From contig NC_068992.1 in NCBI RefSeq assembly GCF_001194135.2, positions 45,407,794-45,469,484 on the forward strand: a stretch of DNA of 61,691 nucleotides. Reading direction: 5' to 3'. Made by a program: the position numbers and the translations under genes. The notes below the pieces were generated by a model. The model made no database searches, was not told the DNA's origin, and worked only from the letters and a program-made list of their open reading frames with translations. Positions 52,933 to 61,691 of this stretch are shown piece after piece. This stretch comes from Octopus bimaculoides (lineage: Eukaryota). The stretch's first letter is position 1, and every line of letters begins with the position of its first letter.

Positions 52933-53619
52933 TATGCTTAAAACACATAGACATACATAAACACAAAAACCCACCTATACGCACAATCTCGCACACAAAT
53001 ACAACTGAAAAAAAAATAATAAAATACAGATAATTTAAAGTGCAAAAACACCGATGTCTCTCACTCAATCCCAAGAGGTAGAATTAAAGAACATATATTG
53101 AGAATTTATTTGGCAGGAAGCTCTGTCCTTTGTCGTAACTTTCCTTGTTTCGTTACTTCTCTTCTTCTCATTTCTCCCCATTACACACTATTGGCTGTTA
53201 TTTACTTGTTGTGAATTCAATAGCAATGTTCCAAGTGAATGTTGGAAGTAAATGTATGCATATCTGCAACCCCAGCGCCATCAACAACAACACTAACGGA
53301 CATACGCTAGCCATATTTGTTATTATATCGAACCACAGCACAACTTACAATTCAACTTACGTAAATTTTCTTTAAAATTCTCAGGAAAAATATCTTTTCT
53401 CTACATTTTCTTGTTTTCTTTTGCTTGTATCTAATAATGACAGCAAAGCACGCTATATCTGTCCTCTCATACATGAGGTATTCCGATATAATATGTTGTT
53501 ATATTACTAGGAAACTTGATGATAGGAGTATCTAACCTTAACACAGCCTGGAGTCTAATATCATAGGGAGTATTTATGTTCTTTTTTCTCTATCACTCAT
53601 TGACCTGTTTAGACTGCTT

Positions 53620-53985
53620 GTCAGTCACATCAATCACTTCAGTGAGCACCAATCTCATCAGTCTTAAAGGACCTACTCAATACATGAGACGCGTCAATCT
53701 TACTTTGCTAGGCAACACAATCTCATCACTTTAATCATTATACAGATAATTCTAACCATTACGCGAATTGTATCAATCTTACGAACCTGTATATCACCTT
53801 TATTAATCGCACCAATTTGAATATCAGTAAAATCAATCTTACTATTTTGTTCCTCAGTCGCTGCAGTTTGGGCATTAGTTACAGTTTCATTAGTCTATTC
53901 GTCACTCACATTAACCATGAGGTTCTGGACATCAATCATATCAATGCCAGCCAGTTAACGCATCTGTCACATCAATATCAACTAG
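53620..53985. repeat. Cryptic degenerate repeat built on a (C/T)CAAT(C)T(C/T)A core
   Basis: About ten irregularly spaced variants, e.g. CATCAATCAC, CACCAATCTCA, CGTCAATCTTA, CACAATCTCA, TATCAATCTTA, AATCAATCTTA, CATCAATCATA, CATCAATATCA. Confidence 0.55.
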
Positions 53986-54192
53986 TCTCGCTACGAATAT
54001 TATTTCAGTTTTATCCGCCTAGATATCAGTCCCATCATTCTCAAATAGTCTAAATCCAAACCCACTTGGATAGACATAATAACCAAACTCAACTAGTCTT
54101 GACATTAGTCACCACAGTTTCACATGTGCAGACACCAGTTAGATTAATTTCACTTGCCTGAGAAGAGTGGTCCTTGCCTCATATATTCTGAT

Positions 54193-54194
<2 letters not shown>

Positions 54195-54284
<90 letters not shown>

Positions 54285-54297
54285 ACACTCACACACA
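54195..54297. repeat. (CA)n microsatellite
   Basis: Direct reading. Confidence 0.98.
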
Positions 54298-55199
54298 TAT
54301 ATATCAAACAAATATAAGTGCCGTGCTTATTATCTTCGTAGTATAAAAACTACTGTGTATAAAATTTAGCATCACATATTGAAGTCTGATTAATCTGGTT
54401 CAATAACTGAACTGTTAAAGATTTGTGCCTAGCATATAGATTACTAATTTATCAGAAAATGCTAGTCCTATTGAGGCATTGCCTATGTATGAACATTAAA
54501 TTGGACAGGGGAGTTAGAATACGTCTGAATCTATCCCAGTATATTTAGCAATTTGATTAGGAAGATGTTCAATGACCGCAGGAATATATTTATAGTCAAT
54601 TGAATATATAATCATTTCTATTAATCGTAGATTTAGCGCTCTCATATTCATGTTAGTTATCACTGAAATAAAGCGTGTTTACTACAAATTCCAATACATA
54701 ATTTTAAAGATATTTGAAGTTATGTTGCTATGATGACTTTTTTAGAAGAGGTTATTTTTCTCAAAAATGGGACACATAGGTTTCCATGGATAAGATTTGA
54801 ACTTGTACAATTAATACAATATATGGAAATAGAGGTAAAAGAGAAAAAAAACGTTTGGAGCTCCCTGTTACGTGGTTAAGGCACATAATTGGGGATTGAG
54901 TTTGGCATCGTGAAATTGAAGGTAAAGCATGCAGCCATTAAAAGAGTTTAATCAGTTGATATGATACATTTGGAGCAATTATGTTAAGGTAATTGTAGGT
55001 AAGGGCTTCTGAAAACCTTCTAAAGATCGAATATCATCTTAAAGTAAAGGAATGTGTGATGGAAAACTTGTTGGCAAGGAGCATTACTATCCTAGTGATC
55101 ATGTGACATGTGCTGCATCAGTAGATATGATGTGAATTAATAATCACAGGGTACTGAATTCAATACTTTAAGGCATACTTCAATTTTTGACTTGATGTG

Positions 55200-56320
55200 G
55201 TAGTTTACGCTCCGAAAATCTGTGGCAAAGAAAACATTCTATTGAAGAAGGGAAATCCATAACTTTGAAGGTGGGGATAAGATGTCAAAAAATATCATTG
55301 TTGGCGTTATAGAGCTAATTCAGTGAATGAAAAGAAATGTTTTATCAAATACAACTGCTAGTATTTTTTTTCTCTTTTTGTAGCAATGGGAAATTTACGA
55401 GCCTTTCCTCTCATTGTTGCTTTGAAGCGATTAGTGATAACCTAGCAAAAATTGTAGATATACAGTCATTAATTAGACAATGATTAGTGGGTGTAATTAA
55501 AACCGTCAAAACTCTCTGCTATAAAATATTTCCTTAGAATCATTAGATTCTTCGGAAAGAAGTTGCTAAGTTTATGGCAGCATTCCTGTCTACATTCTAA
55601 GAAGTGTATCGATAACTTTACTATGTTTCGATAACCATCGATTTCTGACTGAAACTGCTTCGTTCAGATACCGGATGATTTACGTGTATGGAACTGTAGT
55701 TCAACAGTTTGCCTGAAAGCCATACATAAAACACAATCGAAGACAACATCCATCATAAGAAATCCTTTTCGCATGGATCAATTATATGATAAATGGCCAG
55801 AAATTCTCGCAACACTAAAGCATTCCTATTTTATAGTTTTCCTTTCATAGCAACAACAAACTTTAGATCAGGGATGTAAAATTTTGCCTTAGGCGGTGGT
55901 GATATGCAACAACCAGCGACCATATCTCTGTGCTATACTCGTGAACAAACTATCGATATAAAACGTTTGGTGACATTATTCATATATTTTGATTAGGAAA
56001 CGTACAGAGTTTATAAATAATAGAAGTGAGAGTAGAAAGTCTGATCTACATATGATTCTTGTGGCTTTTAGCCCTCGACCAACCTTAAACGAAGAGAACA
56101 GTGCTCAACGAATTCAATGCAAAGACCAACACATCTTATCTTCAGAAATAGTCGATCCATTATTCGATTTGTATTTTTATAGATGCAGGAAATGGTTTGA
56201 TATAGAATTTGTTACAACTTCTAGCAGATCAAGCAACTAGCGAGTACATACTTGCTTCACCTTACACTTGTAATAGTTTACTTGGATGTATAACTCATAT
56301 GGAAGATCTAAAGGGGTTAA
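55200..56320 (+). pseudogene. Highly eroded piggyBac (PGBD-like) transposase fossil with a surviving right-end GGG|TTAA
   Basis: Collinear motifs across frames: HSIEE 55235 (cf. HSIDE, first catalytic D); KYHCWRYR 55290 (cf. KPHKWGYK); LCFDN...IYVYGTV 55621-55698 (cf. YFDN.FTS...GI.A.GTV); IATTNF 55847; QQPATISL 55907 (cf. QP..I..YN); KR..TLFIYFD 55961-55993 (cf. KKWW..LF.Y..D); RCRKW 56181 and RVHTCFT 56241 (Cys-rich C-terminus); AAAGGGGTTAA ends at 56320. Confidence 0.6.
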
Positions 56321-56574
56321 TCTGTGAAATAAAGGGACGTAACTACTTCTATATTTCTAAAATATCTATCATTGTTACGCAGATATATGTGATTATTTGA
56401 CCCCAGATTATCTATGATCATTGACGTTGCAAAACTGACCATCAGGTCTTTTGTACACAGCACTTATTAATCCAATATGTCCTTCATTTTGAAGAAGCTT
56501 TTGCGTGAGGTAAATGCGAATGCTACTTCTCGCATGTTTTTCAACTGCATATTGGCTTTCTTGGCTCTTGTTTA

Positions 56575-57115
56575 GGCAGTTAGGATGTTTACTTAGTTTT
56601 GCTTATAGTATTCGTATTTTATATTGTTGGTTAATTAGTATTGGTAGTTAAAATTATTGTTACAAAAGATAGTTTTCTAGAATTGGTGGTTAGCAATGGT
56701 TGGGTGTTAATATTGGTACTTATTTTACATTGTATATGTAGAGTTTTAGAAATGGTTAACCTTAGCACTTAGTAATGCTAGTTAATTTGCAATAGTAGTT
56801 AGAATGGTCAGTTTCATAGTGTTACTAGTTAGATAACATTGCTAGTTAATAGTAGTACATCATATTCGAGTTATTATTTGTAGTCACTTGGTGGTAGTAT
56901 TTGTAGTTATTTATTAAGAGTAACTAGTAGTAATAATAAGTTATAGTTTGAAGTTAGTATTGCTACCTGGTAAGAACCAAGAAGTATTTAGTAATGCCAT
57001 TTAAAATTGTAATTTAGGTAGAAGTGATAATGATAAGTATGATAATGATAGTGTTAATTGTAAGTAGCTAGCATTAGTATTTAATTATTATGTATTGTTA
57101 TAGTTATTATTATTA
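56575..57115. repeat. C-poor cryptic low-complexity (TAG/GTT/TTA-rich) tract
   Basis: Direct reading; recurrent TAGT/GTTA motifs without a fixed period. Confidence 0.7.
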
Positions 57116-59261
57116 GAGACACAAGAAACCGGTAGACTAATTTCTATATTGAGACTAGTTCGTCCATTATTACATCATTATTTATTCATGGAAAATTAAG
57201 CAATGAGTCAGCCAAGTAGCTTTAGGTTTAATATAGAGAATATTCTTATGAAATGAAGGAACACATAATCAAGACTCATGTATCTCCCCTTCTTCCTAGC
57301 TCTCCCGTCTATCTTTGTCCAACCAACCGCCATGACTGACCGCTAACTCCAAAAGTTTTTTTCTATTCTCTCTCTGTTTAATTCTTCGTGTTTCTTTCTG
57401 TTGAAACTAATACACCTGCTTGTTGTTTCTATACCTGTCTTCGTCTTTTGGTTTTTCTGTAAATTTCAACCACATATTGTACGCTCACGTGATCGCACCA
57501 GTTTTATCCTGCTTTAACCTCTTACACTTCGAATTTACATTTCGCTTAGTTGCATGCAGGTACCACATTTACAGTTATAAGCAGGATTTACGATGTAAAA
57601 CTGGTGACCATTTCATTTAACTCCTATCTATTTCTATTTTCGCTGTATTCATAGGTAATTGATGCTTTATAAGCGTCCTATCTGTATTCTACCTAACACA
57701 ACAGTGACTATGGATACTTGCTAACCAGTGGATCTATGATATTTGGTAAAGGATTATTGTTGTATACGTTTCACGCATATATGAAGTCCTCACACTTTAT
57801 CATTAATAGAGCATCAGGATTTTCACAATTCAACCGATATTCATTTGACCGAAATGAGTTCCCACGCTCTAACTGTCTGCATTTTCTGTCCCTTATAATG
57901 TGGTCTTTCTACTTGAAAACCTTGTTAAGACAACATGTTGTTCAGTAATCATGTAGTACTAGTAATAATTGCGTATATCAACACGCAGCCCTTTATCCTC
58001 ACCTTAAAATTAACACGCCACCTATACCAACGTCTGCAATTATTTTTACGCTTCATTATCTCTGAACAGATATCAGTGATCGCATTGATTATGATAACTG
58101 ATATTTTAATTTAGATACAGAATTACAAATATCACTATGCATCCTTTTATCCATGTTCCTTAGATTCAGGCAGATACAGTAGTTTGCTTAACAATTCAAC
58201 ATTATACCACGTCGTCCCGGGTTTTGAACCTACGTACGCTCTAACGTGAAGTATATTTCTTCTATTTCGGTTTTGAGTCAACAAACGCAAGTGGAATGAA
58301 GCAGCCCCAGAAAGCAAGAGCTCCAAAATATATTTTTAACCTATATTGCTAGTTAATACCATTAGATATAATATTAGTCATTGATTTAATTGGTTAATGA
58401 CAAGTTTTCATTGACCAAGAATGGATTTTTGCTTCTCGCTATGAATAGAAACACTAAAAGTTTGTTTTTCATTTCCTTCTATGATAGTTTAACTTAGTGA
58501 ATAATTAACACATATAGCACTGAACGCAAATTAATAAACCCAAGTATATTTTCGTTTCTTATCCAATGAACATCGATAATGCCATGTCATTATTTATCAG
58601 GAATTCGAAAATTTAAATTAAATATTTTCTTTTATTTATATGGGAATATTTTGAAAATATATTATTAGTAAAATATAAAGAAATCAAAAACTGCGGGGAA
58701 ATAGATTTGAATATGACGAACATATCGGCATGCTTGATAAGTTTCTGGTAATGATTTATCTACTGAAACACTGACGTCTGTCTGTTGAGTGCAGATAGAG
58801 CAGGAAATGAGAAGAAAGACGTAAGGAAGCTAAGAGGAAGCTGTAATCCCGGAGTCGAATTTGATACTATTTTGAGAACCAATAAAGTTCTGTGCAGATG
58901 GCGATCTTAAAACTAAAATAACTCTTATTTGTTGATGTTTAATGACTTTATTGTGAAGATTAAGTTATTCACCTTGACAACATCAGCTAAATAAGTAACT
59001 GGAAATAAAAAATTATGACAAAATATTACCAGCTATAGCAGATAGTGCATAGACAAAATTATGAAATTCTATTAACAGGGCAAGCAAAAAGAAACAAAAA
59101 TAAATATTTAAAAGATAAGACTTAATAAGTTTATATCACAAAAATGCTTCAATATACTTTTCAGAATGCTGTGAATTATTACAAAAAACTGTTATATTGA
59201 AAAGTTAACTGAAGATGCTGCATAGTGACGTGGATGGGCTGTCGTTCCATGGAAAGAATAT

Positions 59262-59362
59262 ATTCTTTTCTACTCTAGGCACAAGGCCCGAAATTTTTAG
59301 GGATGGGGTCAAATCGATTAGATCAACCCCAGGACGCAATTGGTTCTTAATTTATCGATCCC
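59262..59362 (-). mobile_element. SINE family B 3' half
   Basis: Reverse complement: GATCGATAAATTAAGAACCAATTGCGTCCTGGGGTTGATCTAATCGATTTGACCCC...TTTCGGGCCTTGTGCCTAGAGTAGAAAAGAATA. Confidence 0.85.
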
Positions 59363-60497
59363 ATTGATGTCTGGGAGAGGGGGGAAATTCGAACTAGAGG
59401 GGAAAGGGGGGACTCATCGCCGAGGGGGGAATACGATGGGGAGGAATCTGATATTGTTGACTTTTGGGAGGAATAGTGGTGGTGGGGATGTAATTTTTTT
59501 TTCGAATGTNNNNNNNNNNCCCCCCCGGTTTGTTGAACACCATCAGTGCTGGGGTTCTGCTTGTCGGTCTTTTGGTTTTGTGCTTTTTTCTTTTGTCCTC
59601 TTCTTTCTCTTTGTGTGTGGGGCCTTTTACCCGAATGTGGCCTTTTTCGCCACATTCGTAGTATTTGGGTTTCCTGCCCTCCACCATTACCCGCAAGGTG
59701 TTTTCTTCTCCGATGTGGATGTTCTCAGCAATTAACGTCTGGGGTGGGGGGCGCTTGGATTATGATCTCTAACCCTTGGCCCCAGCAGTTCTGTTGTTGT
59801 ATTCTGGAAGCTTCAATCATCTTGATTTTATCCTCAAGCCCCAAAGAAGGGCTGAGATAATCCAGATGACATTTATTTCTGGTGGGATTTCCTCAATAAC
59901 TATTTCGGATGTTCACCTACCCGTATAAGTTGGTAATAAAATGACTTCCTTGGTTTTTATTGGTTGGGGCGAGTGTTTTATAGCCTTTTCCTCATTTTTG
60001 AAGTACACCATACTGTGGCGTATGTTCTCCCTCTGGTCAGGAACTCGATGTCTTACCAGATGGGTTGTAGGCACTTCTCGATTTCTTCTTTGGATGCCTT
60101 GTCTATTTTCTTGTCTTTTATTATCATTGTCTTATATGTTATTATTTTCCTCTTTGTTTCTTCGATGAGTTTATTAGGGAGGGTGGTTTTAACATCAAAA
60201 CCTTCCCTTTCGAACATACCTCCGTGTTGCCGGAGTGAATCTAGCTCTATGTTCAATTTATCTTATCTCACACCGGCTGCGGTAGCAAAATTAATCTTCT
60301 TTTGGTTGTCTTCTGTTGGGTTTACTTTTCCGTTATTCATTTTACCGTTTTCAGCATTTATGTTTACTTCTTGGTTCTTTTTTTCCGTTTACTGCATTTA
60401 TGTGGCTTTCGTTCACATTTTCGTTCATTTTGTCTTGTTTTACAGTTGCTCTTTGGTTAGCTTTGTCAGGGTTAGATGACTTGTCCACCGAATTCAT
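59363..60497 (-). pseudogene. Retroelement ORF1/gag-like pseudogene with a decayed CCHC zinc knuckle (clade not assignable by eye)
   Basis: ATG at 60497 reads MNSVDKSSNPDK...; with stops and frameshifts it continues ...KEEIEKCLQPIW*DIEFLTRGRTYATV / YFKNEEKAIKHSPQPIKTKEVILLPTYTGR...IEEIPPEI... / LRVMVEGRKPKYYECGEKGHIRVKGP (CX2CX4HX4C with C1>Y and C4>G, each one base from TGC). A basic and Ser/Pro-rich tail follows. Confidence 0.8.
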
Positions 60498-60678
60498 TTT
60501 CACGAAAATAAATATTTTCCGAAATATTTATTCCAAAAATTATTTTAAAAATCCGTCTGTTAAAACAGAACGTAGAACAATAACAAAAGTTCAAAATTTA
60601 ACAATAAATGGCAACAATGACAATAAATATTAATAACAATTACTAACCAAATTCTCGCCAAGACAAATTAACTGCAGC

Positions 60679-60709
60679 GGGCTAACGTTTCTGCCAGCTC
60701 GGCCCCTTA
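60679..60709 (-). mobile_element. SINE family B 5' head (about 30 nt)
   Basis: Reverse complement TAAGGGGCCGAGCTGGCAGAAACGTTAGCCC matches the head of the copy at 37884-37916. Confidence 0.75.
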
Positions 60710-61660
60710 GTTGCACGAAAATATTAGCAAAGAAATGGGAATGTAAACATGATTTAATAAGTCTAACAAAGAGTCAAAATCTTGCCGAATTCTATATGTT
60801 TGGAATTGTTTGTGTCACATTCCTAGAAACTAAATCTATTCAATCTTTTCAACTCTTAAATAACGAAGCATATTTAAATGGTTGAAAACTAGATCTATGT
60901 ATTCACCTGATTATAATATTTCTTAATATCCTAATTCCTTGACCATGACTCACTGAAAAACAGTTGGTGAGGTGAGTTTTTATATTTTTTATTCTAGCAA
61001 AATCAGAATAACACACTGGAAATATGAGGTGTAAACTGTAAATCGGTCACTTACATTTTAATACTGTTTATTTTCGATTACCATCTGTATCTAGCACTTT
61101 CTACTAAATAAGTCTTTCGCCAATTATCTAAATCTCCCCTACCGGCCTGTTCGACTGAGCAAGTTATAGAGAAGTCGTATTAACCAAACTTCTATGAGAG
61201 CCTTTGGCATGAAAGTTTATATATTTGTCTTAATTGCCGTCCTTACGACTCTCATTCTTCCCTACGAATCTAATGACTTCGAAACCTAATTGAAGTCATT
61301 TCACATTCCTTGCATCGGTGAGAAAATCTTGTTGATTAATCACGATTCTAAATATTAATTCCTACAGTATTTACTTCTGCTGTATTTAAATCAATCTACC
61401 ATATCCTATGCAACCCATACCAATCAGCCAAATAGTGCTTAGAAATTTCAAATGTTTCACCTTGAAGCAAAAAATAGTAATAGTAATAATAGAACGTTAC
61501 AAAACAAAAGGAAATCATCTCTAATATTTGCATATGTAAATATATTTCATTAAAATCAAGATTCTATAATATTATTTTGGCATCTTTAAATAGACACAAA
61601 AGTCGTATATTTCAAGGAAAGATGTGTTACGATCTAATGATTGTCATGCCATTCCCTAAG

Positions 61661-61691
<31 letters not shown>

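Noticed and set aside
55880-55930. LGGGDMQQPATI read as Helitron helicase motif GGDFRQ.LP
   Set aside because: The other helicase motifs are missing or wrongly spaced; the collinear piggyBac reading explains the region better.
59373-59445. G-run cluster with G-quadruplex potential
   Set aside because: It is the complement of the Ser/Pro codons of the ORF1 tail, and the loops are long.
59964-60479. 171-aa hydrophobic + strand ORF
   Set aside because: Antisense shadow of the A-rich ORF1 pseudogene on the minus strand.

Overview
AT-rich, repeat-dense eukaryotic genomic DNA. It is most likely a cephalopod (Octopus-type) short-read scaffold. That call rests on the two tRNA-derived SINE families, the very high microsatellite load and nine N-gaps, most of them at TA/TG arrays. 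I can support no intact host protein-coding gene, structural RNA gene or CRISPR array, and most ORF-track entries are microsatellite or gap artefacts. The window reads as intergenic or large-intron sequence. It holds about 20 SINE copies or fragments of two families and decayed retroelement fragments: two R4/Dong-clade REL-LINE pieces, two RTE pieces and one gag-like ORF1 with a broken zinc knuckle. It also holds a piggyBac-type MITE and a heavily eroded piggyBac transposase fossil that the ORF track does not show. Best leads: (1) a disrupted Myb/SANT-like ORF at 410-879; (2) R4/Dong LINEs sitting in (TAA)n arrays, one of which is a SINE tail, with one copy doubly internally deleted and carrying a (CTA)n tail; (3) a SINE split by an ORF1-only retroelement; (4) a 309-bp, ~99%-identical direct duplication; (5) a paired-CCAAT promoter candidate; (6) several minus-strand microexon or recursive-splice candidates, which may be chance matches. 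All family assignments come from motif recognition by eye and were not checked by database search.
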